From assembly GCF_000372725.1 (NCBI RefSeq), contig NW_005201381.1:307953-371952 (forward strand): DNA of 64,000 nt, written 5' to 3'. How positions within the stretch are numbered: the first letter of the stretch is position 1; every line of letters begins with the position of its first letter. Below, piece after piece: positions 34,567 through 46,419 of this stretch. The notes below the pieces were generated by a model. That model saw only the letters and a program-made list of their open reading frames with translations, was not told where the DNA came from and made no database searches. The DNA is from Emiliania huxleyi CCMP1516. Its lineage: Eukaryota. Both the position numbers and the translations under genes were made by a program.

Positions 34567-35847
34567 TCATATGTTCAAGAAGTTCGAGAGGCGGCGCCGG
34601 CCCTTCTTCGTCAGCTCGTGGCCGCTGCCGAGCGCGTCGAAGACCTTGAGCAGCAGCAGACGCGCCGCGCCATCGGACCACGCCTTGTCGCGCCTCACGA
34701 TGAGCAGTAGCTCGTCGATGGCGTCCGCCTGTTCCCCCGACACGAGCAGGCGCTGCGCGAGCTCGTACCGCGCGGCGTGGTCGTCTCGGTCCGCCTCGAG
34801 CGCCAGGCGGAGCTCGCTGACCGGGCGGCCGCCTTCGGGCGCGTCGACAGCGAGGGCCACCGCTGCGATCGCCTACCGTAGGCGCAGCTGGACACGCTCC
34901 GAGCGTGGTGGTGTGAGAGGGGGGGGGGGGGGGGGGATCACCCCGCCCGCCGGGATGGCGCGCCTTCCTCACGGGCGGCGCCTCAAGGTCTGCCGCGTGG
35001 TTCTTGGTCAGGTCGGCGACGAGGTCCTGCGCTGCAGAGAGCTGGTCGTCCTGCAGCGCGCACAGCGCGAGCCCGGCCTTGGCGGCGGCGGCGAGCTCCG
35101 GCAGCGCGCAAATCTCGGCGTACCTGGGCGAGCGACGGGGGCGGGGCGGTGTGCCAAAGACTGCCTGCCCGTCCGCAACGTGCAGTGCTGCGCACTTTGC
35201 TGCGGCGGCCGGGATGTCGCCGCCCTCCAGCAAAGCCGCAGCCTCCTCGAGCGCCTTTGGGCCGGACGCGTCCGGTCCGCCCGCGAGCGCGACGGCCTTG
35301 TCGACGAACTCCTTGACCTTGTCGTCCGGGAGGACGCCTGCCGTCACAGCACGGCGGCGTCACACCCCACTCCTGCTCTCGTCCCCGCTAGCGGCGGACC
35401 CTTGAATGAGTCGACAATCTTCCCGCCGTGCAGGAGCATCACGGTCGGAAGCGACGCCACCTGCAGCGCCTGCGCAATCTCCGGGAGATTGTCCACGTTC
35501 ACCTTTGCGAGCCGAACCGTCCCGCCCGCCGCAGTCACCAGCGCCTCGAGCTTTGGCGTCAGCTGCTTGCAGGGACCGCACCAATCGGCGTAGAAGTCGA
35601 GGATGACGGGTCCGCCGACGGGCGGCGGCGTCGCAGAGGCGCGCACGCACAGATCGTCAAAGTCTTGCGGGCTGCGCACCTCCACGATGGGCAGCGTAGT
35701 CGAGGTGGCGGCGGCGGCGGCGGGCGGAGGCGGCGGCGGCGGCGGCGGCGAAGCGTGCGTCGAGAGGTGACGATGGGCCGCCCCGCTAAGCGCAAGATGG
35801 TGAAGACGACTCGCAGGTCTCAGCACGCGCAGGGCTGCGCCCGTCAT
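34567..35847 (-). CDS. Thioredoxin + TPR protein (YbbN/CnoX-like), likely organelle-targeted, spliced
   Basis: PVILDFYADWCGPCKQLTPKLE, LAKVNVD. C-terminal DDHAARYELA...AIDELLLIVRRDKAWSDGAARLLLLKVFDALG..HELTKKGRRRLS. Arg/Ser/Ala-rich N-terminus. Confidence 0.9.
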
Positions 35848-36055
35848 GCTCGCCCTCGCGGAGATGGGTGGGCGGAGAGTGTCAATGTGAAAATGTCGGC
35901 TTGTTTTTCTTTTCAGTGAAAGTAGCTCTCGTGGTGAACTGCTGACAGGGTTTGCGACGAGGAGCGATTTTTGTAGGTGGGTTTCCGATTTTTTGAAATA
36001 GGATCCGAAATAAACGGAAAAAATTAAGGGCGTAGACAAAAAATATCGGCGTTCG

Positions 36056-36467
36056 CAGGTGGCGTTTATTTTTGCTTGGCCGGGTATCATGATGAAATTC
36101 TGCAAAAACCTGACCGGCCCCTGCCCTGCCCCTACCTACCTACCTACCTACCTACCTACCTTACTTATGAGAAACTAAAAAAGAAATCACGGGATGGGTG
36201 AAGGTGGGGTACTATACCAACTAGAGTGATGGTTGGTGGTACTCTCCTGCATCCACAGTCCTTCTTGTGACATGGGAGGCCACTCTCAAGCCCTACAAGC
36301 ATCAGATCACCCATTTGGGGAGGATTGACATCGTGATTTCCGCGGAAAATTTCTTTTTCTGCTGTGAAAATTCCAGCTTGAAGAGAGGGAAAAACCCGAC
36401 GGGAGGGCCCAGACCTACCCTTCCTACCCCGTCATGATACCCGGCCAAGCAAAATAAACGCCACGTG
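36056..36467. mobile_element. MITE with about 37-bp TIRs and 4-bp TSD
   Basis: caggtggcgtttatttttgcttggccgggtatcatga / tcatgatacccggccaagcaaaataaacgccacgtg. TTCG at 36052-36055 and 36468-36471. Confidence 0.85.
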
Positions 36468-36503
36468 TTCGCGCCTGGTTCGCGCCCTCCCCGGTTAGCC
36501 ACC

Positions 36504-39479
36504 ATGATGCGCTCGAAGGCTCCCTCTGTCCTCGGCAAGCGGCCGCCACGCCGCGAGACGTTCGAGGGCAGCCGCACGCTTCCTCCCTCGCGGGCGCTAA
36601 CCGACGGCGCCATTGCCGCGCTGAGCAAAGAGGGAAGGCCGGCGGACGGCACGCTCGATCCGCCGGCACTGCTGCAGGTGGTTTTCCTGACTCGACAGGA
36701 GACTACAACACCAGGCGCCGCGCGGTACCGCCTTCTCCTCTCCGACGGCCGACACACGAGGCCCGTAATGCTCGCAACAAATAACCACCACCTAGTCGAG
36801 GGCGGCGCTCTTGCACCGAATGCTCTCGTCCGGCTGCGGGTGTGCAAGAGCGTGAGTGTCGCGGGCAAGTCGCTGCTCATAGCGAGCGACGTGGAGCCAG
36901 CGGGGGAAAACGACGGCGTCCTCGGCACGCCAAGCCCGTGGGAAGAGCGTCCGCGGGAGGAGACGCCGCCACCAGGCAAGGGCGTGGCCACGGGCGGAGG
37001 CGGGTCGGTGTCAAGCCTCTTCACGACTGCGGGCGGCGGTGCCGTGCACCTGTCGGAGCGCGGCCGTCGCCGCGCGCAGCAGGCGCTGAGGGAGACCGCC
37101 ACCGACCCGCTGACACCTCCCCCTCTGCCGCCGTGCGTCGGGCCAGCTGCGGCGGCGAGGGAGGCGGCGGCGGCGGCGAGGGAGGCGGCGGCGAGGGAGG
37201 CGGCGGCGAGGGAGGCGGCGGCGGCAGAGGGGGTGGCGGCAGAGGAGGCGGCGGCGGAGGAGGCGGCAGCAGAGGAGGCGGCGGCTGCAGGGACGGCGGC
37301 AGCGGCGGAGGCGGAGGCCGCGGATGCGGCGGCGAGGGAGGCAGCGGCGAGGGAGGAGGCGGCGAGGGAGGCGGCGGCAGCGGCGGCGGCAGGGGAGGCG
37401 GAAGCGAGGGAGGGTGCGGAGGCAGGGGCGGGTGGCCGCAGCAGGCGGCGGCGCAAGCCCGCATCCCCTGCACTCAAGGCTCTGGTCGGGATGGGGTTCG
37501 ACGCCGAGGCTAGAGATCAGCCGAGATCAGCCGAGATCAGCCGAGATCAGCCGAGAATCCGGAATGTGTTCGAGGCAGAGGCTGCCGGCGCGACGCTGCA
37601 CAAGACACGCCCACGACACGGCCAACAGGCAACACGTTCAAGACACGTCCGAGACACGTCCGAGACGCGTCCGTAGGCCGCCCGCGCAGCCCTCGCCTCG
37701 AGCGGCGGAGACGCGCCTCGTGCGACGGAGCTGCTGCTCTCTGCGCCAGCGGCGGAGGCAACTGCCGCCACGAACCCCGGCGGTGGCGCCGCGGCGGCAG
37801 CCGAAGGCGGACGCGAGTCTGGCGGCAGAGGTAGGAAGGCCGGCGGCAAGGCTGGCGGCAAGGCTGGCGGCAAGGCGGCGGTGGAAGGGGTGGGGATAGG
37901 GATCGAGGCGGGGACGGGGGCGGGGGCGGGGGCGGAGGCAGGGGCGGAGGCGGGGGCGGAGGCGGAGGCGGGGGCGGAGGCGGGGGTGGGGGCGGGGGCG
38001 GAGGCGGAGGCGGAGGCGGAGGCAGGGGCGGAGGCGGGGGCGGAGGCGGAGGCGGGGGCGGAGGCGGCGGCGGACACTAGCGCTGCAGTGCTTCAGACGT
38101 CGGGAGGTGACACTGCCGAGCCCGCCGCCAAGCCAACCGCCTCAAGGCCCAAGCCCGCTGCCGCCAAGCCCACCGCCGCCGAGGCGGAGGCGGCGCGGCC
38201 GCCGGCCAAGCGAGCGCGCGGCGCGACCTGGAAGGGCGCCCGGGGTAAGGCGGGGGAGGCGGAGCGGGAGGCGGCGGTCCAGGCGGGGGAGCGGGGGGGT
38301 GGCGGGAGGGCGGCAGCCTCCGCCCGAAAGGCGGCCCCTCCCCGCCCGCCCGCCCGCCCGAGCAGGGTCCGCACCGTCGTCGCGCTCGGCGCGCGCATCT
38401 CGCACCGCACGGGCGTCCGTCCGACTCTTCCGCCCCGACCCGCAACACTTCCTCCACCTCTCCACCCCTCCAGGCGCCGACCTCGCTCCGGCAGAGGCGG
38501 AGGCGGTGGCGGCCGCCGCCGCCGCCCTCGGTGCGCGCGTGCACACAAAGGGCGAGAGCCTCCCTCAAGGCTGCTCCCACGTCGTCATCCGAGAGGGCGC
38601 GACGCGGCTGCCGCTGCGCGCCTACTTCGCCGCCGCCGCGGGGTGCTGGACCGTCACCGCCGCTTGGGCGTGTCCCCTCCCTTGAAGCGATGGCGCGGCG
38701 GGCCAGACGAGCCGTCTCGGAGCCTTCCCCGGAGGCCCGCGTAGGTGTTTCGTTCCCTCGAGGCGGGGGAGTGGGCTTGCCCGGACGAGTACGAGGCGCG
38801 GGCCGGAGGCGTCCGCGAGGCGCGGCTGGCGCGCGCACTGACTGGGGCGGGCCCGCTGGCGGGTCAGACGGTCTGCTTCTGGCGCTGGTCGTTGCTGCCC
38901 GCCCTCTAGCTGTGAACAGCGTCTCTTCACACCTCGAGCTGTGAACAGGCGCGGGTCGCCGCTGCCCGCCGCGACGCTCGCAGCGCTCGTGCGGTGCGCG
39001 GGCGGCGAGGTGCTTGCCCGCCCTCCCCCCCTCCCGCCTCCTCGCCTCTGCTCGCGCCCCATCCCTTTCTCGCCTCGCCGCCGCGCGTCGCCTCTCTCGC
39101 CCCGAGCCCCCCTCCCTCCGCGTCCAGGTGAGCGCCTCGCCGCGCGCATGCACCCTCATCGTCACCGACGAAGCCGACAAGGTCCCCGTCAGCGTCGCCA
39201 GGGCGGCGGCCGGCGCGCCAAAGGCCGCCGCACCGAGGCAGCCGCGCGCCTGTGAGGAGGGGCGCCTCCCCACGCGCGCTGTCTGCCGAGCAGGTACTCA
39301 CCCTCAAGGCGCTCCTCGACGCCATCTGCGCGCCCCCGGGGGTGGAGATCCCGCCCACGTCGGCCGAGGGCCAAGCCGAGGTGGGCGAGGGCTCAGCCGC
39401 GGAGGTTGGCGGCGACATGGCGCGGTCGGAGGGCGAGGAGGGCGAGAGCGAGGACGGCGACATCTCGGACGAGTATTGA
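36504..39479 (+). CDS. RPA70 N-terminal OB fold + BRC-like repeat + UBA + tandem BRCT-like protein (spliced)
   Basis: LTDGAIAAL..PALLQV..RYRLLLSDG....VMLAT..HHLVEGG (RPA70N-like); LFTTAGGGAVHLSE...RAQ (BRC-like); LKALVGMGFDAE|AARAALASSGGD..RATELLL (UBA); CSHVVI...LRAYFAAAAGCWTVTAAW (BRCT). Confidence 0.7.
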
Positions 39480-39982
39480 GAGTTCTGGGAGGCGCCTCAC
39501 CGAGACCCGGATGCGTCCATCGCTTAGTTCCCAACATCAGCCCCGGGGGGAGCGCGACGGCCCTTCGAATGGTTCGCTCAGCCCATCCGCACCTCTCCAC
39601 CTACACTCCAATCTCTCCTCACCCTTGTCGTGCTAATTTAAAGGGAACTACAGAGGACCATGGTCGACCAAAAGCAAAGCTCAGCACCAGGTAACACACC
39701 CAGCGGGTGGTCGTCGGCCGGCAGCTGCCGCAAGCCGGAGGGCGGATGGGGATGCTTCACAGTCTCCGGCTAAAAAAAGAAAGAATTTTGCCCCTACACA
39801 AAATGTCACAAATCTCTGTGTGGTGGCGGCCTTGCGTTCTTTCTTTCTTTTACAGATCACCCAGCCCCCTCGCACGACACTGCTCTCTGGGCTGCTCTCT
39901 GGGCACGGTCGAGCACGGGACTGGCGCGCACTGGCACTAACACAGGTACACCAAAGAACTACATAGGCAGCACCTGGCAACG

Positions 39983-41548
39983 ATGATTAGCACCAGCCGT
40001 GCTCCCTCGCTCGACCCGTTCGCATCGGTGCGCACCTCGCGCTTCGAAAGCAAGGAGACCGACCGGCTCACGCGTGCCCGAGCGCGGCTGTCGTACGTCG
40101 AGAGTGGTTTCGGCTATGGATGGTGCGTGCGATCTGTGGCGACTGTGAGTACCTCATGCGTGGAGGACTAGGCCTATTCCGGCGTAGGTGTGCGGCGAAG
40201 CGGCCGCTCACCAACGCGCTGGTGCTGGCGGCGTGTTTTGCTCTCTCACTCGACATCCTCGAGCAGTTCTCCCTGCAGGGTCGGTCGCTCGCGGAAGTGG
40301 ATTGGCGGCGAGCACTCGGATTCGGCCTCTTCGGGCTACTCTACCTCGGCCTCTTCCAGTATGCTTACCTAATCTTCGGCTTCAAGGCGCTTCCGCCGTG
40401 CTGCCTCCGCCATGCTAGCAAGAGCTGCTGCCGGGCTAGAGGACCCACCACCTCACCGCTGCGAGCTCCGGAGCAGGCCCTCTTCCCTCGCGCCGAGGCC
40501 TTTGGGGCGGCGTCGCTTCGAGACAAGGTCTCCGATCCGCGAGGCATGCTCGACGTGCTGCTGCAGACGGGCATCGACGTTCTCGTGCTGCTGCTCTGCT
40601 TCCTCCCCGCCTACTACACCGCGCGCACCCTCTCGCCCATCACGGGCCTCCGCCTCTACGAGGCGACGCCGCCCCAGAGCCCTTCCCCAGACCCTTCCCA
40701 CAGACCCTTCCTAGAGCCCTCCTGAGCCCTCCTGAGCCCTCCTGAGCCCTCCTGAGCCCTCCTGAGCCCTCCTGAGCCCTCCTGAACCCTCGTCGTCACC
40801 CGCTCTGGCGGCTGGCACTCGCCCGGCCCTCGACACCCACTCCGCAGCAGAGCCGTCACGGGGCCGACTGCGTGGCAGGCGAACTGGGAGCACGACGCCC
40901 GCGCCGTCGTCTCCCTCTGGGCGCCGATCGACGTCCTCTCCTTCAGCGCGCCACTCCACTGGCGCCTGCCGCTGCGGCGCGGCTTCCGATAGTAGCAGCA
41001 GCAGCTGTACTGCGGCGCGGCCCTGCGGTCGTAGTAGCAGCAGCTCTAAGCAACTCTTCAGCAGCCCGAGCAGCAGCTGTGAGCAGCTCTTCAACTCCGC
41101 CTGCGCCACCGTCAGGTACGTCCTCTCGCTCCTCTACGCGCTCGGCCTCTCCCTCGCAGACCACGGCGGCGCCTCGCCCGGCCTGCACACAGCCCTCGGG
41201 GCGGGCGAGTGGGTGGAGGCGCGACGCGGCGGCGGGCTGGCGAGGGAGGCGCCGCGAGCCTCCCATCTCCAACCAGGCGCCCTCTGCCCCTCAAGGCGAC
41301 CGAGGAGCACTCGGCGGGAATGCGTTACAACTCGTACAACGACGTGGACGATCCCAACAGCGGCCGGTGAGGGCGCCCACGATGGGGTGAGATGCCTTCT
41401 GCGACGGGACGTGGCGCGAACCGGAGGCTTTGAGGACACGGGCATGGTTTTTCAGGGGGAGTTTTATCCGGCAATTGTGTTGGATCATCATCATTTTTTC
41501 GGTACGCGGATAAAAATCGCATATGCGAGAGGATATGATGATTCATGA
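39983..41548 (+). CDS. Mpv17/PMP22 family membrane protein (spliced)
   Basis: KRPLTNAL; DILEQ; VDWRRALGFGLFGLLYLG; NWEHD...VSLWAPIDVLSFSAPLHWRLPLR|YVLSLLY. The 3' end is uncertain. Confidence 0.75.
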
Positions 41549-41712
41549 TGAATGCGGAGATTGCCGTGAAGCGGCGTGACAGGTGACACGCGGGGAGCGA
41601 GCCGTGTGCGCCCCTGAGGCTGAGCCCTCGGTGCCCGCTGTGGTGTGATAACCTGATATGGCGAGAGAAAATCTGAAAAAAGCGGGATCGGCTGTCGCGG
41701 AGAATGCTGAGA

Positions 41713-42110
41713 TCACGGCGCTTCGACGGCGTCGAAGCGCGAGAAGACAAAGCGCGTGTCGTGCGCCGAGGCCACCTGGTACATCTCGCTCGTCCCCTCG
41801 ATAGCGCCCTCGGCCTGGGCGCTGGTGACAAAGTGGCCCGACGCCGGGTAGACGTCTTGCTTCCCGTAGCGCGGAGAGAGGGATGAGAAAGACTGGCCGA
41901 CAAGGCCATGTGGGCGTGCCTGAGCGGCATCGCCCGAAGCCAAAAAGCTCACGTCGAGCCTGTGATTTGGGCCCTACATGGCGCAAAGTGTCGGGTGAGA
42001 GGGCCGCGACCGGGGACCTTTAGCGCGGAGCCGCGCCGAGATGTGGCCGTGCACGCGGTTGCCTCGCACGGTGATGGTCCAGTTGCGGGTGCTGAAGGCC
42101 GCGCTCGCCA
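41713..42110 (-). pseudogene. Gene fragment with a PHGLVGQSF...AQAEGAIEG...FSRF C-terminal domain
   Basis: Protein-like exon GPNHRLDVSF..PHGLVGQSFS...GKQDVY...TSAQAEGAIEG..MYQV...FVFSRF. I recall this as a multicopy haptophyte domain of unknown function. No 5' part visible. Confidence 0.5.
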
Positions 42111-42456
42111 TGTCCTGACTCTGACAAACAAACAGGGCCATCATTTTGCCAGGGCTCCAGGCCCCAAATGACGTGTGAGTGTTAGATTTGTTTGGTATTG
42201 CTAAAAATCTCTCTCTGACTCTGTGCAACAATACACTCACACACACGCCCGCGCGGCTCACGCACTGCGCGACCCCCCGCGCCCTGAGAAAACAGCAGCC
42301 GTACAACACAAGTGAGCCCCCAGCCAGCAGCCCCGCACGACGCAGATTGCGCCCTCGCACGCCTGCACCTTCTCAGAGGTTCGCGCCAAAACTTTTCTTT
42401 CACAAAAAGAAAACCATGGTACCAAGGACGATCAAAAAAAAATCACAGCGCGTCCG

Positions 42457-44985
42457 ATGGTGGCGGCGGCGGCGAGGGCGGCGGCGGCGGCGGCGGCGGC
42501 GGCGGAGAGGGACGCGAAGGCGACGGCAGAGGCGGAGAGGGCGGAGGAGGCGGCGAGGGCGGCGGAGGCAAGGGCGGAGGCGGCGATTGCGGAGGCCGCG
42601 GAGGTGGGGTCGGCGGACGTGGCGGCGGGTGCATCTGGGCGCCAGCTGATACTTGACGAGGTCGGCACGGGTATCGTGGAAGCGGCTGAATGTGGCGACG
42701 AGGAGAGAGTGCGGGCGCTCCTCGAGAGAGGCGTGGAAACTGACGAGACGTACACCACCTCGGATGGCAAGACTACTGGCGTCACGCTGCTGATGCTCGC
42801 CGCCGCGCTCGGACACGAGGCGATCGTCGAGATGTTGCTGGAGCACGGCGCGACGGTCGACATGCAGGACAGCAAGGGCATTACTGCGCTCATGTACGCC
42901 GCCATCAAGGGGTGCGTGCCCATCGTGAAGCAGCTGCTGCAGCAGGGCGCTGATATCGACTTGCCAGACTCGCTGTTCGGCCGCACCGCGCTGATGTTCG
43001 CAGCACTCTTCAACCGCCCCAAGGTCGTGCGCTACCTGCTGAAGAGGGGCGCGGACCCAGAGAAGCGCAACATCGATGGCGAGACTGCGCTCGAGCTCGC
43101 CACGGAGAAGGGCAGCAAAGAGAGCGCCCGGGTGCTTGACAACCTCCTCAGCCGAGGGGGGGGAGGCACGGGGCAGGGGTCAACCACGGGGGAGGGGGAC
43201 GTTGTCGCAGAGGCTGCTACGCTGGGCGATGAGGCGGCGGTGCGGGAATCGCTCGATGGGGGCGGGCAGAAGATCAACGCGACCTTCAACGACGGCACCG
43301 CGACCGGCCTCACGCTGCTGATGATTGCGTCGCAGTGGGGGCACGCGGACATGGTCGACATTCTCATTCAACGAGGCGCTACGGTCGATCTCAAGGACAG
43401 CGAGGGCCGCACCGCGCTGATGGCGGCCGCGACGAAAGGGCACGGGCGAATCGTGGAGACGCTGCTCGACCACTCCGCCGAGGTCAACCTGGAGAACACC
43501 ACCGGAGGCACCGCGCTGATGTACGCCGCCACCAAGGGGCACGAGCACATTGTGCACACGTTGCTCGGGCGCGGCGCCGCGGTGGACCACCGCGCCAGCG
43601 ACGGCGCAACTGCGCTGATGAATGCGGCCTACTATAACCACCCCGGCACCGTGTGCTGCCTGCTGCAAGCGGGCGCCAAGTTGGACTGGCGCGACGAATA
43701 CGACCGCACCGCGCTGTCCATGGCCAACCGCCGAGGCCATACCGCATGCGTCGAGATCTTCAAGGAGCACCTCAAAGGGCTGACGGGGGACGAGAGCGCG
43801 CGCAACCTGGCGGACGAGGCCGAGGCGGAGGAGCGCCGGGCAGAGGCTGAGAAGAAGGCCGCGGCAGACTCGGCGGAGGAGCGCCAGAAGGCGGCCGCGC
43901 GACGGGCAGAGGCAGAGGAGAGGGACATCGTGACCAAGCAGATCCCACTCGATGTCGTCTCCGCCGTCAGGCGAGGCAAGGAGGCGGACGAGGAGAGGAC
44001 GCTGGCATGGATCGAGAGCGGCGGGCAGATCAACGAGGGCTTCGTGGACGGCGAAGCGGCCGGCGTCACGCTGCTGATGGTGGCCACCATCTACGGGCAC
44101 GAGCGGTTGGTCGACACGCTGCTGGAGCGTGGTGCTAGCGTCGACCAGCAGAACGAAAACGGCTTCACCGCTCTGATGTACGCGGCGCACACCGGTCACG
44201 AGGGGCTGGCTGACAAGCTGCTCAAGGCGGGAGCAGAGGTAGACCGACGGCCCAACGATGGCGGCACCGCGCTGTTTCTCGCCGTCATGTTCGACCACCC
44301 TGCCGTCGTGCGGCTGCTGCTGGCGGCCGGTGCGGACCCAGAGGCTCGCAATTCGAGGGGCAAGACAGCGCTGCAGATGGCCAAGAGTTTGCCAAAAGAC
44401 AAGTGCGGTGCCGCGGCTGTGGTCAAGGAGCACTTGGCCGCCTTGAACGCTTCGAGGGAGGCGGATGCCGCGCGGTGCGGTGAGGCGCTGCTGGCCGAGA
44501 TTGAGGCGGAGGCGGAGGCGGAACGCGCCAAGGAGAGCAAGGGGAGCAGGAAGGCCAAGAAGAAGAAGAAGAGGGGCAAGGGTGGCGGAAGCGGCGCGGC
44601 TGGACCGTCCAGCACCGCTCCGTCGGGGGCGGACGGGGCGGGGGTGGGGGTGGAGGCGGAGGTGGGGGCGGCGGCGGGGGCGGGGGCAGATTCGGCCGAG
44701 GAGGACGGGAGCGGACAGGTCCGAGAGGCGGGGGAGGCGCAAGAGGCGTCACCGCTGCCCGAGCCGCCTGAGATCTTCGTGTGTCCCATCACCCAGGAGC
44801 TGATGCAGGACCCCGTCATGGCGACCGACGGGCACACGTACGAGCGGCACGCCGTCGAGCGCTGGTTCGCGACAAGACTCACGAGCCCAAAGACAGGCGC
44901 GGCGCTTGACCTGGCCTTGCTTCTGCCCAACCATGCCATGCGGCACCAGATTATTGAGTGGCGCGAGGCGCATGGATGGAAGTAA
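42457..44985 (+). CDS. Ankyrin-repeat protein with C-terminal U-box (E3 ligase-like), intronless
   Basis: Many GxTALMxAA..GH..IV..LL..GA repeats. U-box PEIFVCPITQELMQDPV...DGHTYER.AVERW...TSPKT...LLPNHAMRHQIIEW. Confidence 0.95.
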   Translation: MVAAAARAAAAAAAAAERDAKATAEAERAEEAARAAEARAEAAIAEAAEVGSADVAAGASGRQLILDEVGTGIVEAAECGDEERVRALLERGVETDETYTTSDGKTTGVTLLMLAAALGHEAIVEMLLEHGATVDMQDSKGITALMYAAIKGCVPIVKQLLQQGADIDLPDSLFGRTALMFAALFNRPKVVRYLLKRGADPEKRNIDGETALELATEKGSKESARVLDNLLSRGGGGTGQGSTTGEGDVVAEAATLGDEAAVRESLDGGGQKINATFNDGTATGLTLLMIASQWGHADMVDILIQRGATVDLKDSEGRTALMAAATKGHGRIVETLLDHSAEVNLENTTGGTALMYAATKGHEHIVHTLLGRGAAVDHRASDGATALMNAAYYNHPGTVCCLLQAGAKLDWRDEYDRTALSMANRRGHTACVEIFKEHLKGLTGDESARNLADEAEAEERRAEAEKKAAADSAEERQKAAARRAEAEERDIVTKQIPLDVVSAVRRGKEADEERTLAWIESGGQINEGFVDGEAAGVTLLMVATIYGHERLVDTLLERGASVDQQNENGFTALMYAAHTGHEGLADKLLKAGAEVDRRPNDGGTALFLAVMFDHPAVVRLLLAAGADPEARNSRGKTALQMAKSLPKDKCGAAAVVKEHLAALNASREADAARCGEALLAEIEAEAEAERAKESKGSRKAKKKKKRGKGGGSGAAGPSSTAPSGADGAGVGVEAEVGAAAGAGADSAEEDGSGQVREAGEAQEASPLPEPPEIFVCPITQELMQDPVMATDGHTYERHAVERWFATRLTSPKTGAALDLALLLPNHAMRHQIIEWREAHGWK

Positions 44986-45351
44986 GTTCGAGCATTCGAG
45001 AGGTTGACAGCCGGCTGGAGTGAGACTGAGACTGAGAGGGCGAAAGACGGGTGGGTCCGAGGGTCCGTACATAGCTATCTGGCGCAGTTTGACTCGCGTG
45101 ACTGCGAGCGGCTGCAGAGTGCCTCGTGGTGTTTCTCTCTTCTACTCGCGCCTCGTCTTTTTTACTAACGTACAAGTTCTTCATCCTTTCGGGGCACGGG
45201 GGCATGCAAGCTTTCCGGGGCCGGGCATGCTGGTTCTGGTGCTGAAGCTGTCCTGTGCGGCCTGCGCGCAGTCCTCAAAAAAGTGCCAGAGTTAGAGCCC
45301 GTATATCCCCGGGTGGAAGGCGTGATCGAGCGTGAGTGCGCACGCGGGCCG

Positions 45352-46419
45352 CTACAGGCCCTTGTTGCAGAGGACGTACGCGATCGGCTTGCCGTCTTTA
45401 CCCTTGAGCCCCTGGAACTCGGGCTCGAGCACCCCGACGTCGATTTTCATCTCCTGTGGAAAGACCGCGATCGCCATGGGCAGCGCGCCGTAGATGGAGC
45501 AGCAGACGAAGACAAACTCGGCGACGGCGGACGCGTAGAAGCCGAGCGGCACCACCGACTTGAGGATCCCATTCGCGATGGGCGGCAGCAGCATCGGTGC
45601 GATCGGCAGCAGCAGGTTGCGGCTCAGGACTGTGTTAATGACTGCGGACTGAGCTGCCGCCTTGCTCACGCCGAGCGGCGTGCCGTCCGGCGCTGTAATC
45701 GGCACGCCGCCCTGCATCTCGGGCAGCCGCGTGAACCCGACGTTCGCTGCGCCCGCACTGACCACGGCCACGTACGGCACGGCGATGCCGAGCCGCTTGA
45801 TCCATGGCGGACCGTTCTCGACCAGCTTGCGCGCGCCGACCGCGATTGAGCACGAGACGCCGACGGCGAGCGCGTATGCCTGGCCGACCTGCGACCAGTC
45901 GACCGAGGCGCCGGATCGGTTGACGTAGTTGACCATCACGTTGACAGACTGGTTGATCCACTGCCAGAATACGATTTGCGACGGCGAACTTGCCAGCAGC
46001 ATGCCGGCGGTCGGAATGGCGTTGGCGGGCACAAACGCGCTCATGCGACCTCCGATGAACATCTGCTCCCCCGTGGTCGGGTGGATGATCGCGCTGACGA
46101 TGCGCTTTGCCTCCCAAAGCTCCGCGTCGCTGGCGTTCTTCGCGTCCCCTTTCTCGTACGCCGCCAGCAGCGCCTGCGCCTCCACGAGCTCGGCCTGCGT
46201 CGTCAGCAGGGTCTTGGGATCGGTCATTTCGCGAAAATGAGCGAGCCGGCCAGTGAACGAGGACTGGTCGTAGCGGTTCCCGCCGAGCGTGAACGTTGGT
46301 ACGCTGCCCTTGTCTGGCGCAGCTTCGCAGCGAGCGGCGGCGGCGATGGCGGTCGACGCGGCAACGGTGGTCGCGGTTGCAACACGCGCCGTTTGCGATC
46401 GTAGAATGCGGCCGAACAT
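45352..46419 (-). CDS. SFXN: Sideroflexin (mitochondrial tricarboxylate/serine carrier family)
   Basis: RYDQSSFTGRLAHFREMTDP, LWEAK.I....IHPTTGE...GRMSAFVP, FWQWINQS.N..VNY.NRSG, SKAAA, LPMAIAVFPQ, NKGL*. Confidence 0.95.
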   Translation of the reverse strand: MFGRILRSQTARVATATTVAASTAIAAAARCEAAPDKGSVPTFTLGGNRYDQSSFTGRLAHFREMTDPKTLLTTQAELVEAQALLAAYEKGDAKNASDAELWEAKRIVSAIIHPTTGEQMFIGGRMSAFVPANAIPTAGMLLASSPSQIVFWQWINQSVNVMVNYVNRSGASVDWSQVGQAYALAVGVSCSIAVGARKLVENGPPWIKRLGIAVPYVAVVSAGAANVGFTRLPEMQGGVPITAPDGTPLGVSKAAAQSAVINTVLSRNLLLPIAPMLLPPIANGILKSVVPLGFYASAVAEFVFVCCSIYGALPMAIAVFPQEMKIDVGVLEPEFQGLKGKDGKPIAYVLCNKGL

